Part shown: piece by piece, positions 36,696 through 49,495 of the stretch
How the letters are laid out: the number at the start of each line of letters is the position of its first letter
How positions within the stretch are numbered: position 1 is the stretch's first letter
From: Chrysomallon squamiferum
Taxonomy: Eukaryota; Animalia; Mollusca
Reading direction: 5' to 3'
NCBI GenBank assembly: GCA_012295275.1
Contig: CM022671.1
Coordinates: forward strand, 36,518,001-36,582,000
Length of the DNA: 64,000 nucleotides
The notes under the pieces: model-generated
The model's database searches: none
Told to the model about the DNA's origin: nothing
The model's input: only the letters and a program-made list of their open reading frames with translations
Position numbers and translations under genes: made by a program

Positions 36696-38379
36696 CTGCA
36701 ACAAAAAATTACTTACTTATGTATTTTTTTATATATATTTTGAAAAGACAAAACCTCTCATCTCATATTAAGGTCTTTTGAAAAGATAAAACCTCTTGCA
36801 ATACTTCACAGTCAATATGTTGTAATCGGAACATAATTTATTTACAAACCAACATTATTTCTAGGTTAATGTTGTTCTTTCTATGATGGGAGTAAGGTCA
36901 GTCTGCATATTTAATTTTATACAGGTAACAAAAACAATATTGCACAGATGTATGTGAATAAGACGTGTACATTAATGAGCTACTGAATGGTGATGAGTAA
37001 AGCAGGCACACTTGACATACGTTCACAAAACCATTGCACAGGTAAACAGATCATACAAATGACCCCCTATTGACCTTTCACCTTTGCAAAGATGAGATAA
37101 AGCTTTTTTGAGCTTTGGGGTTGAAGGACTTAAGCTGTTATTTGAAAAGGTTTGAAAACCCTTTATCTGGTAAATGCTTAAGGGATAGATTGCAGTCAGT
37201 CATAAAAGGTTTTGTATGTAAGTCTGTTCAAAGCCTTTTTATTTTAAGTAATGTGATTTGAAATTAAATTTACTGACAGGTTGTTTTCATCAATTCATGT
37301 TTGTCAGGAACAAAAGACAACAATAAATAATTTATACCACTTTTTATTAAAAGGTAAATGTATCTTGTGTTGCTTGAATGATATAACAGAAGAAAGAAAA
37401 CAACAACGTAATGATGACAAGTTAATGCTGTTATATAAAAATCATGTTATATGCTGAGCCAAAGAATTTTTGTAATATTCTAATATTTATAATTATATTT
37501 AACAGACAGGTTCTTTGTTATCAACTAATGCCTTGCTTAAAAAATATATAATAATAAATATTTTCTTTTGTATTAATATTTTTCCTTTCTTCAGTATAAA
37601 TATTTACTATTAATATTTACAACAGAATTTTTGTTAAATGAACTTCAAACCAAACAATATGGGTTTGACAACACATCCAATCTTAAATTTGTGATGAACC
37701 ATTTTTCTTAAAATAGCCTAGAGATGTAAATTAATAACAGGCAACCAAAGTCTGAAAAGATTTTTTTTCTTAATCTATTTGAGTAAACATAATTTATTCA
37801 CATTGCTACTGATTTATGAATATTTATACTTATTTACTACAGAATTCTGTTTAACTGTTTTGGGCTACAAATTTATTTCAACCAAATAATTTCACCCATA
37901 CTATCTCACTTATCCTATCAGTTATAAAATCTGTTTATCCATTTATAATCAAAATAAAATAATAATAATAATCATAATAATAATAATAAACTTGTATCAA
38001 AATATTCAATATAATTAAGTTAAACAGTCAGTGTTCAAAAATTTAAAATATCTATAAACTAATCATTACAATAAATATGCAAAAATATATTTGGACTGTT
38101 TACATTCTCTCTATAACAGACTGACTAAAATGTGATAATCAATAGAAGGAAACTAATTAAACATATTTATTTGAATCTTAACCCCCTTTCTCACCCATTT
38201 TCTGATTAAGTATTAACATAAGTTACATAGCTTTCCAATTAATTTTATTATCCACATATTTTTAAATGTTGCACTGTGAACAAAAACGTTTGATTGTATT
38301 AATAATAAAATAATAATAATAATAATAATAATAAAGTATTGTTTAAAAATAAACCCAGCTATTTTCTTGACAGCTAGGA

Positions 38380-39200
38380 TGTAAACCAGGAAGTCGCGGC
38401 ACACTTTGACCGCTACCCTCATTTACATAAAATATTCACACAACCCACTTCTGCGCGACACCTCATGCTAAAGGACAAAGGTCGAAGAAATCGATAAACA
38501 TTTTCCATAAATATATGAACAAATGTAGTGTTTTAAACAATCCTAATATATCGAGAACTTGAAGCCTGGACATTTAACTGACATTCTGCAAAGTATTAGC
38601 TATGACAAACTCTGAAACTGCTTTGAAATCGCGCAAAGCGATGACCGTGTCAATGATATACAAACACCCAAAGGTCATGCACCCAACCCATGTGGGTGAT
38701 AGCCACAAGGTTATGTTTACACCACAACACGCGCTTCATCGTAAGCTGTCATTCTCATTTGAAATTAAACACTATAATATTTGTAATAACAAAAACATCG
38801 TCTGGAGTTAACAATTACATCTGTGGGTATTCATGCTTAAGTTACATTAACACGCACTGTCGATAACAAAATCTCGCGAAATGGCGGCGAGACGGATATA
38901 TTTTCCACAACATTCGCAAACAATTCCATCGCCTAATACTAGTTTACACACTTATTTAATACACAACATATAATATATGAAAGATAATATTGTTAAATCT
39001 TACCAGATGGTATTTGTTTTTCCAAAATATGGTAACAGACGTGATTTGAAAGAAAATTAAGTCTCCGTTCTGGCAGACAGGAATAAAGGTCAGAGGTTGT
39101 GACCCTACAGGGAGACGCAGAGTATACGAATCGCCGATTGGCTGTAGATTACGTCAATAGAGAAATCTCGAAAATATGCGCGAGCTTTTACGCGATTTGG
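38380..39200 (-). promoter_or_regulatory. CpG-enriched NR2C promoter / first exon region with DR1-like elements, CCAAT and CRE-like motifs
   Basis: Local CpG enrichment. Minus-strand donor ctg|gtaaga near 39003. AGGTCAgAGGTTG at 39087-39099, AGGACAaAGGTCG at 38472-38484, ATTGG near 39137, TTACGTCA near 39148. Confidence 0.55.
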
Positions 39201-39372
39201 ATTAACAACATATAATACATGAAATTACGAGCGCATAGTATTAATTATATCTTCTGCTGTTTACCGAAACCGAACATTTTATAATCATTGTATCTTTTCT
39301 TCTAAATAAACTGATTATTGTTTGAATCGTGGAACTTGGGGTGATTTCACTGACACACATTACGCGGGATTA

Positions 39373-39448
<76 letters not shown>

Positions 39449-39538
39449 CCCAGCAAGAAATTACATCTGCACTCCAGCAGGTTCCTAACTGAACAATATT
39501 TATTTTTTAATTTACTCTCATCACTATATTACCATACA

Positions 39539-39600
39539 CAGGGGTGTCAAACTCAAGTCTTACCTAAGGCCGCATAAGAAAAATTGAACTATAAAACTTA
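39539..39600 (+). mobile_element. hAT (Charlie-like) terminal remnant
   Basis: CAGGGGTGTCAAACTC followed by ...GGCCGCA is typical of hAT/Charlie-type MITE ends. The partner end was not found. Confidence 0.5.
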
Positions 39601-39926
39601 ATTTTCCTGAATCACTCTAACCTTCTACCAATAAGTTAGCAACATCTCTCCATATCGTATGATACAAATATGGATTTGTAAAGTGCCAGTTTATTCTGAA
39701 CAAACCCCATCTTTTAGCAAAAAAATATCTTATTTTTTATATTTATGATTAAAAATGGTTATTATTAAAATATTTCATGTGAGAGTAAGAAAACTGTTAA
39801 AAATACAATGCTATCATATTAATATTTTATCATTTTGAAATATTTACGATTTGGACATCATATAATTATATATAACTGTTTATATGAAATTGAATATAAA
39901 CCTTTTTCCGTAGAAAAATCAGTGTA

Positions 39927-39982
<56 letters not shown>

Positions 39983-40931
39983 TAAAAATATTTAAGTTTT
40001 ACATGCATTTAAAGTAAAGAGATCGTTTTAATAAAATTCCTTATATATAGCTCGAATCTGTAGGCTTAGTTTACTTTTACAGACAAGACTATAATTTTAA
40101 ATAAAAGTGTTGGTTCATAATGGTTTTTTTGTGAGTTTTTTGTTTTGTCTGTATTCTTCTTCTTCTTCTTCTTTTTTTTTTTTTTTTTTGTTGGTCAGCA
40201 AACATTCCTCTAAATCATTAAAAGGGCAGACAATTCAGACCTTTGTATGTATAAAGAAGTATTATAACATTTAATTAACAATTTGAAACTCCGGCTTTTA
40301 TAGGGAGTGCCAATATATACATCAAATAATAATAATTGTTATTATGCCTTTTAAGAAATATAATTTTGCTAATTTCTTATATTAAAAAACTTTATTATGG
40401 ATAGTTTCCTGCACCTGCCGATTCACGAGTGTATCCGAAAAATAACGAGCATAATATTTCTATCGCGCATCTTTTCTGCGCAACAAAGACCATGCTTTAA
40501 AAAATATAAATGTTATTCGTTGTCTCTTTTCAGACTTTTGTCTTGTCCTGAGTTATTTTTTCGATTTTTAATTGATGTTATTATTTACAATTTTGTATGT
40601 CATTAGATGGTTTTGTTTTATCCGTTGTTACTAATTTGATTTGTATAAATTTGTGTTAAGTCATAAGTCACTTTAAGTGTATTCAGTACTGTTAAAACGT
40701 ATTGTTGTTTTTCGATGTTTGATAATAATCATAATCATATCATGATAATGTTAAAATTTAATGATCGTGACATTAACTTGATTAAGTTGATTAACTTGCT
40801 GATCGACAGCAACAGGACTTGATGGAAAGTTTGTGCACTGGTACACGGAGGTGACGTTCTTTTTACAAATGATGAAATCATTTCAGAAATGTCATTTGAT
40901 TATTTTCATTTCAATTTTATTTATTTATTTA

Positions 40932-40975
<44 letters not shown>

Positions 40976-41460
40976 CATTTCCATAAAAATATGCAACAGA
41001 AATGCTTTAATTATAAAATGTTGCAGCAGTGTTTTGACAATTAATCTCGCATATCGATATCATGGGCATGTGTATGAAACTATAACGTCACAAACGTGTG
41101 TGTATTATAAATATATATATTTTTAAACTTATCTTTGTCAAATAGTTCGCATGCTCTAATGTCTAACCATAACATTTATACATATATATATTTTAAAATA
41201 ACAGCAACAAAGTGATAATAATAATAATAAATAAAATAAAAATACTCAGCAATATTGTCACATGAACCCATATTTTGTTACAAAATTAAAATAATAATAA
41301 AATCAAGTCAGTTTTTCTTTTTCTTTTTTTCTTACATAAAACTGCACTTTACAGTTTAAAATAAATTATTTGGAATTATTTATTTTTTGTAAGGATTACA
41401 ACATTTGCTCTTCTTTTATCTTACTATATTTATTTTAAATATATATTTTGATTTTTCAGC

Positions 41461-42361
41461 ATGGTTAGGCCAGACATTATGGTAAATGTCTGGTTTGTTT
41501 TGATTATTTTATTCGACTGTTATGTCTGCTGTTTCCAGTCATGGAAGGATTTAAATTTACCTGAAGAACATTTGCCATATTTCTTTACTAACAATCCTGA
41601 GCTGAAGGAGAAATGTTTGTCTGATTCATCATGTCCATATCAGGTGAGTAAATGTAATAAGTTTATAACAGAGCTAGATTTAATGTTAGACACATACCAG
41701 GTGAGTAAATGTAATAAGTTTATAACCAAGCTAGGTTTAATGTTAGACACTCTGGTTGATTGACTGGTCATGGTTCTTCTAAAATGCTGACAGTAAGGAG
41801 TAGTAAAAAACCCAGAGAAGACTTGGTGTAAAGAACTTTTAGTTTTACAACCATAAGAGAAGTAAATGTTTTAAGTGTTAACAAGATAATAAGACTTGAG
41901 TAATACATGTTAGGCTGAGTTGTTGTATTTATATGTAGACATAATCACTGATATAACTGAGAGAACCATTATAATAAGTTTTATTATAATACAGTAGTAA
42001 GTAAACATTGTTTTACTATAATACAGTAGTAAGTAAAAGTAATAAGTAAACATTGTGTGTAAGTTTTATTTTGTTCTCTTCAGCATATTGCTAATATAAG
42101 AAAATGTTGGGGATATGAAAAAGGCTGTAAAAAGAAAAACAGAATGAGTTTTCCACGTTGTCCCGAAGAGGCCAATGGATGGTAAGAGTTTATACAATCT
42201 GTATTAAGTTGAAACATAATGTTGTGTGACAGAAAATGCCAGTTATTTAAGTATGACAGAGTTAGAAGGAAGATTTAATATCTCGACACTTCCAAAAATC
42301 AATCTCATTGGATGTTATTAAAATTTTCAATTTTTATTTTAATTTTTTTGTTGTTTTTTTG

Positions 42362-42393
<32 letters not shown>

Positions 42394-45300
42394 CATTAAT
42401 AGTGTTGTTGTTGTTGTTGTTGTTTCAAGAGAAAAGAAGAGAGGTAGTGATAAAGTGCACAGATCGTTGTTTTAAGAAACTGTTTTTCCAGGGCAGATTC
42501 TAAGTCTGAGCAGATAGAAAAGTTTTGGATATCTGCTGACTTTGGTTACATCAGTGAACAAAAGAAAGAACTGAAAACATTTTGTACAGCACATGACAAG
42601 GTTGGTTTTTGGGGATTTTTTAAAATGTTAAGGAAATCTTTGTTTTTTTTGTAGCATACATCATGATTATTAAGTTATTTAAAATCTTTCATCTGTAGTA
42701 TAGTTTTTAGTTTCCCAACTCTTTTAATGTAATATATACATACCAAATGTTACTGATTTGTTTGTGTTAGAAGTAAAATCCTTTCTTAATATTGTTTTGT
42801 TCTGAGAATATACAATTTGTATACATAAAAAAGAAATTTTTCTATTTTTTTAAATTAAATTTTATTTTTTACATTTTGATTTAGGATGATTCAAGTCTGG
42901 CTTGTGTTAAGTATTTCAGATACTGCAGGGCGACTAACATTTACATGGATTTCCGTAAATCCAGCATCAAGTCAGGAACAGACAGGTGTGTGTGTGACAG
43001 GTTACTGTAAGAATGTGTGGATCAAGTCAGGAAGAGACAGGTGTGTGTGTGTGTGACAGATCACTGTAAGAATGTGTGGATCAAGTCAGGAAAAGACAAT
43101 GTGTGGATCAAGTCAGGAACAGACAGGTGTGTGTGTGTGTGACAGATCACTGTAAGAATGTGTGGATCAAGTCAGGAACAGACAGGTGTGTGTGTGTGTG
43201 TGACAGATCACTGTAAGAATGTGTGGATCAAGTCAGGAACAGACAGGTGTGTGTGTGTGTGTATGACAGGTCACTGTAAGAATGTGTGGATCAAGTCAGG
43301 AACAGACAGGTGTGTGTGTGTGTGACAGATCACTGTAAGAAAGTGTGGATCAAGTCAGGAACAGACAGGTGTGTGTGACAGATCACTGTAAGAATGTGTG
43401 GATCACAAAATATTTAATAAATTATGTGCCTGATTCTGCTTTATGTAACAGTGCAGTGTATAAAAGAGTCCATGTTACATTTGGTGGTTAACAATATCTG
43501 GGAATTGTTACTTGCAAACAAATTTTTTATTTATTTTTTTTTTTCTTTTTTTTGTGTGTTCTTATTACAAGAATTAACATTTTTGCTAACTTTAATCACA
43601 TTGTCTTGATAATTTGGGTGCAGAAAATATTTTATCCCTTTACAACTGCCATTTTTTGTTTAGCAGACAGAAGATGTGGGTTTATTTCTGACAGATGTGG
43701 AAGCAGTTGGAGTGAACTGCTCTGACCTGTATGTCATAGTGTCACAAATACAGGAAACTGGTGCCCAGATATAGTTAACTACCATTCTTTTTCTTTCGTT
43801 ATAATACTTCATTAAAAAAAGACAGAAAGCTTTTGATTATATTTACTTCTAATGGATTTAACATATATTTAACCGCTAGTAAATTAGAAGATGAATGTTT
43901 TTTACAGATACAGAGAGGACATACTTAAAACAGGAGATATTGGTGGACACTGTAAATTGAAAAAAGAAGCCATTAAGAAGGAAGGTGAACACAAAAGTCC
44001 TCTCCAGTCTTGGTGAGCAAATTTTAATGTCTTCAGTTGTGTATGGAAGTCTGGTAAGTGCTCAGTAAATATCAGTAAGATATTGGAATTATTTGTAATC
44101 ATTTGGGGAATTGTAAATATTATGTTGTTAAAAGTGTGAACTATGATAGGTAATTATTATTAAATATTACGTTGTTAAAAGTGTGAACTATGATAGGTAG
44201 TTACTATTAAATATTATGTTGTTAAAAGTGTGAACTATGATAAGAAGTTATTATTGAATATTATGTTGTTAAAAGCGTGAACTATGATAGGTAGTTATTA
44301 TTAAATATTATGTTGTTAAAAGTGTGAACTATGATAGGTAGTTATTATTAAATATTATGTTGTTAAAAGTGTGAACTATGATAGATGCTATGTTTTTAAA
44401 GGTTTGCTGAACTGGAGAACTATTCACAGTTGGATTTTCACCCACTGAAAGACAAACAGTGTGACATCACAATACATAAACCAGCTTACCTTATTAAGTT
44501 AGATGCAGGTATTAGAGTTTTACCATCTTAATGATTATATAGAAATTTTACCAAGTTAATAAAAATATAACAAGTTAATGACAAGATAAAAATGTACTGG
44601 TTTCAGTTCTCAGTACAGTAATAGTAATTGGTAAAGTAAAATTTGTGTGTTTCAGGAATAAACATGTACCACCACTTCTGTGATTTTGTCAACTTGTATC
44701 TCTCCCAGCACTTCAACAACACCTTCACTACCGATGTTGTCATTGTAGTGTGGGACACAGTGAGTAAATTATAATATTAGATTAACTCAGTGGTATGTGA
44801 TACAATGAGTTAATTATAATATTAAATCAATCAATAGTATGTGATACAGTGAGTTAATTATAATACTAAAATAACACAATAGTGTGATACAGTGAGTTAA
44901 TTATACTATTAAATTAACACAGTTGTGTGATACAGTGATCTAATTATAATATTAAATTAACACATTAGTATGTGATACAGTGATCTAATTATAATATTAA
45001 ATTAACACATTAGTATGTGATACAGAGATCTAATTATAATATTAAATCAGCACAGTTGTGTGGGATACAATGAGTTCATTATAACATTAAATGAACAATA
45101 GTGTATGGTAATGAGTTAATTATAATATTAAATTAAAAGTAGTGCGTGATACAGTGAGTTAATTATAACATTAAATCTTTTTGCTGTGTACATGTGTTAA
45201 AGTAATTATAAAAAGAATATTGTTATTTGTGTGTATGTGTAAATGTATTTGTATACTTTAAAGGAGTGACGATATTGTTTGTGATACATAACAAATTTAT

Positions 45301-48300
45301 ATTTTAGAGTGGATTGCACTATGGAGATTTCTTTGATGTTACTTGGAAAGCTTTCACAGACCAGCCTGTTTTATATCTCAAGCATTTTGATGGTAAACGT
45401 GTGAGTTATATTTTTCGCTCAGTTACTGCAATATTGGCTCCAGTGTTAAAAAAACTCATCTAAACTGAATGTCTCAGTATTTGCTTTCAGTAACAAGTCA
45501 GTAATATAACATAAACCATTACATCGCTTAAATCTGGATCAGTTTGAAAAAAAAGAGGAATAAAAACAGTATAATTGAATGTTTTTAACAGTTAATTTAT
45601 TCATTCTTAATGTATTGAATATACCAATTCACTGTTCCATTACAAGAGTAAATGAATAAATAAAAAGTTAAAATCAGAATGAAATTAAATGCAAAATGTA
45701 TTTTAAATCTTAATTTTGTTGATCATTTTTTACAGAAGTTTTTATTATGTTGAATCCTATATTTTTAAAACTAATTAAAAATTATTATGTTACATTTAAA
45801 AGCTCTGCTGTGGCTTATTTAGAAATATATATTGAATTAAAAAAGTGAATTTCTTTTCTGTTAACAAGGTCTGTTTTCGAGATGCGGTTTTTTCATTCCT
45901 GGCCCGAATGCGATACGGCTTGTACTACAACATGCCTCTGGTAACAATCACATTATTTTACTAGTTTTTATCATTAATCTGTGATGTACTTACAGTCTGT
46001 GTGTGTGTGTGTGTGTGTATAAATGTTTGAATTCATGCTGAACTTTGTGCAGTGGAAGACTTTATCAACAAGAATGTGATTCTTTACAGCCCTTATTCTT
46101 ATAAACTGTAAGAATTTCAGTTAAATGTTTTCTCTTTACTCATGTTATTTCCAGATTCCTGGTTGCTATGGCAGCAGTCTTATCAGAGCGTTCAGTCAGC
46201 ATATTCTTCACAGACTGGGTGTACCACAGACTGGTCCACTGGTTGGTGATTTGATCACTGTTCTGAGCATAGTTGTGTGTGGGTGTGTGGATACGTGGGA
46301 TAATCTGAATGGTGACACTGGGTAGGGTGTTGACAAAAAAAGAATAGGGAGGATGACAAATAGTGATACGGGTGTGGTAATGTTACATGGTGGGGTGTTC
46401 ATCAGTAGGGAGGTGATAATATAGTGGGTGAGGTGATAATGTAGTGTGTGAGGTGATAATATAGTGCGTGGGGTGATAATATAGTGGGTGAGGTGATCAT
46501 ATAGTGGATTAGGTGATAATGTAGTGTGTGAGGTGATAATATAGTGCGTGGGGTGATAATATAGTGGGTGAGGTGATCATATAGTGGGCAAGGTGATCAT
46601 ATAGTGGGTGAGGTGATCATATAGTGGGTGAGGTGATCATATAGTGAGTGAGGTGATCATATAGTGGGCAAGGTGATCATATAGTGGGTGAGGTGATCAT
46701 ATAGTGGGTGAGGTGATCATATAGTGGGTGAAGTGATCATATAGTGGACGAGGTGATCATATAGTGGGTGAGGTGCATCTTAATTTGTCTTCTGTCCTTC
46801 TACTTCAAATGATAATTGCAGATAAAGGGAGGTTTTGGAATTTATCTTTCTTAATTCTTTTTATTCTTTTTCATAGAAGTGTTTTTGAGTGATTGATTAT
46901 CTTCTGTTAACTCAGTTTCTGCAGTTGTTTTTACACAGTTTGAAAGTTTGATACTTATCTCAACATGTTGATGTGAAGATTTGACCAAGCGTTGTTCTGT
47001 TTCAGGAGCGTAAAATAAGAGTGACGTTGTTGATGAGAAACACGAAGTACAGAAACATTTTAAATGCAGATGAGGTATTTTGTTCTAACAAACTGTAGCT
47101 GTAGTGAAACGCTGCAATATCAGTCAGTGTCCTGTTTGAACTGTTACTCGTGTGTTTAGAATAGCAAATGCAGGGTGGAATAATTGTAAATTTTAATATT
47201 CGTGAGTAGATGTTGAGCAGAGACTCATGGCTGGTGATTTGGTTGTTTAGTCAGTGTGAAATACTGTGACGAGAGATTTTTAAATGGTTTTCTTTCTTAG
47301 TTTTCATTCTACAGTTTTGTGTCTATCAGAAGATGACAGTAAAATTATTGTACTTTAATCAACTAAAAATTGGAAACACAAAATGATGTGTAATATATGT
47401 AAAACATGTATCAGTTATTCATGATTACATGGTCCAGACGTTAATTTGCTGTTTCCACTGACGTTTCACGTTTGTTTTTAAAACAGATCATTTCCGCTTT
47501 AAAGACTGTTGGAGAATTTGATGTGACAATGGTAGAGTTCAACCAGTGAGTTTTTATTTTTCTTTGTCATCTACATTACACAAAAAGCAAAGTGTTCAGC
47601 ATTTTTCTTTACAGACATTTGAAATAAACTCATTTTTATCTCCTATGACATTTGCTCCAAAGTCGTTCTTGCATAAACAGGGGTCATATTAACCTCTTTA
47701 GCATGTCCTATGTTTGCTGTGATTGTTTTGGTACACTGTTAAAAACAAAAGTCTGTCTTGTTTTCATCAGACCTTGTCTACTTCAAATACAGTAAATTAC
47801 TAAATGTTTTGTCAATAGAGTTAGCAACAGATAAATAAATAATAAAGTTTATAATAATGAAGTATACCTATAGCAGAAATATTGACAGCATTGTTTATAA
47901 TGATAATAATAAAATAAAACACTTTTTATTTTTAGAAGCATAGCCTTTAAAGACCAGCTCATGGTAGGTAGACAGTTATTTCACAAAGTATATAAGTAAA
48001 AAATGTATGTAATGTATGAATTTCAGAATTGTTTTCATTAATAGAGCTGATTTTCAAGATAGTATTCTTAGGTGTATGTTCTTTGCATTCTTTATTGCTA
48101 TTAATTGTAGATTTCTTTTTAGATTTGTCACATTGTATTTTGCCAATTTTTCACTTGGTGTATATTCTAAATTTCATACATTGTATTATTTAAATTGCTT
48201 ATTTTTTTCCACATTATTTCAAGAATATTATAATTTATATATTTTCTAGATTTCTCACAACACTGATATTCTGACTGGTGTATTTTCTAGATTTCTCACA

Positions 48301-49159
48301 ACAGTGATATTCTGATTGGCATTCATGGAGCTGGTCTCACACACATGTTGTTCCAACCTGACTGGGCTGTGATCATGGAAATGTAAACCTATGTTACTAC
48401 ACACATTCATTTTTTTCATATTTTATATACTGAAAGTCTATAAGAAATAGAACAAACCAAGATGTAATCACTCTCTTACTATTAATATATTGTAGGCTAC
48501 TCCAATCTCAGATAATTGTAGGTGTTGTATTGTTGATGTTAATGCTTATTAAACAATATTAATTTAATGCTTTTTAAATGATATTAATTTAATGCGTATT
48601 AAACAATATATATTTTTAATCATAATGGCTGACACAAATCATGTTATTAAAGAAACAATACTGTCCAAAAGAAATTTTTTGCCACTAATATGTTTCAAGC
48701 TTGGTTTTATTTGAAGGATTTGCTATTAATGGTTTCTGTAATGAATGGTGGGTAATTTAAACTTAACATCATTTTCAATGTTTTCAGCTACAACTGTGAG
48801 GACGCCAGCTGCTACTTTGACCTGTCTCGACTCCGAGGTATCAAGTACATAACCTGGGAAAAGAAAGACAAACTATTTCAACAAGATGAGGTTTGTTTGT
48901 CTGTCTGTGCATGTGTGTGTGTGTGTGTTTTTTCATACAAATACATGATGCATCTGTATGAATGATGTTTAAATTGTCTATTTTTTTTGTTTATTAATTG
49001 CAGGGACATCATCCATCACTGGGAGCTCATGCCAAGTTCACCAACTATGCTTTTAATGTTGAAGAAGTCTTGAGACTTGTCTTCAAGGCAGCAGATCATG
49101 TTCGCACTCACCCAAAGTTTGTGGAAAAGAGAAAATTAAAGATTAAAGATGAACTTTGA
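41461..49159 (+). CDS. EOGT: EGF domain-specific O-linked N-acetylglucosamine transferase (GT61)
   Basis: Exons 41461-41643, 42084-42181, 42492-42600, 42885-42985, 43908-44012, 44402-44508, 44656-44759, 45308-45400, 45869-45940, 46155-46241, 47006-47074, 47487-47545, 47936-47963, 48291-48382, 48788-48890, 49004-49159. Signal peptide plus motifs [56 protein letters not shown] and HAKFTNY. C-terminal KDEL*. Confidence 0.97.
42966..43405. repeat. 54-62-bp tandem repeat containing the EOGT exon 4 end plus donor
   Basis: atcaagtcaggaacagacag|gtgtgtgtg...gacagatcactgtaagaatgtgtgg repeated about 8 times. Confidence 0.93.
44115..44385. repeat. 44-bp minisatellite in EOGT intron 5
   Basis: Unit aaatattatgttgttaaaagtgtgaactatgataggtagttattatt, about 6 copies, ending just before the acceptor. 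Confidence 0.9.
44748..45175. repeat. Minisatellite of about 43 bp seeded at the EOGT exon 7 donor
   Basis: Units 'gtgtgataca gtgagttaattataatattaaattaacac' mirror the exon end 'gtgtgggacaca|gtgagtaaattataatattagattaac'. Confidence 0.88.
46410..46775. repeat. 20-bp minisatellite in EOGT intron 10
   Basis: Unit atagtgggtgaggtgatcat, about 18 copies. Confidence 0.93.
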
Positions 49160-49174
49160 CAGAATTTACACCTT

Positions 49175-49495
49175 TGTTTTCTACAGTAACACAAGTTTTC
49201 TACAGTAACACACAAGTTTTCTTCAGTAACACACTAGTTTTCTACAGTAACAGGTTTTCTACAGTAACACACGTTTTCTACAGTAACAAATCATCTACAG
49301 TAACACAGGTTTTCTAAAATAAGCTGTGTTACTGTAGAAAATCTTATAGTAAAGCTGTGTTACTGTAGAAAATCTGTTTTCTACAATAACAGATTTTCTA
49401 CAGTAATACACAGGTTTTCAACAATAACAGATTGTCTACAGTAACAGCTTTTCTACAATAACAGATTGTCTTCAGTAACACAAGTTTTCTACAGT
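49175..49495. repeat. Minisatellite of about 20 bp with internally inverted units in the EOGT 3' UTR
   Basis: ttttctacagtaacac units, with reverse-complement units gtgttactgtagaaaa near 49327 and 49357. Confidence 0.88.

Noticed and set aside
43610-43775. Higher-GC intronic block in EOGT with several short stems (possible snoRNA or cassette exon)
   Set aside because: No convincing C/D or H/ACA box arrangement and no usable donor; cannot be supported by eye.
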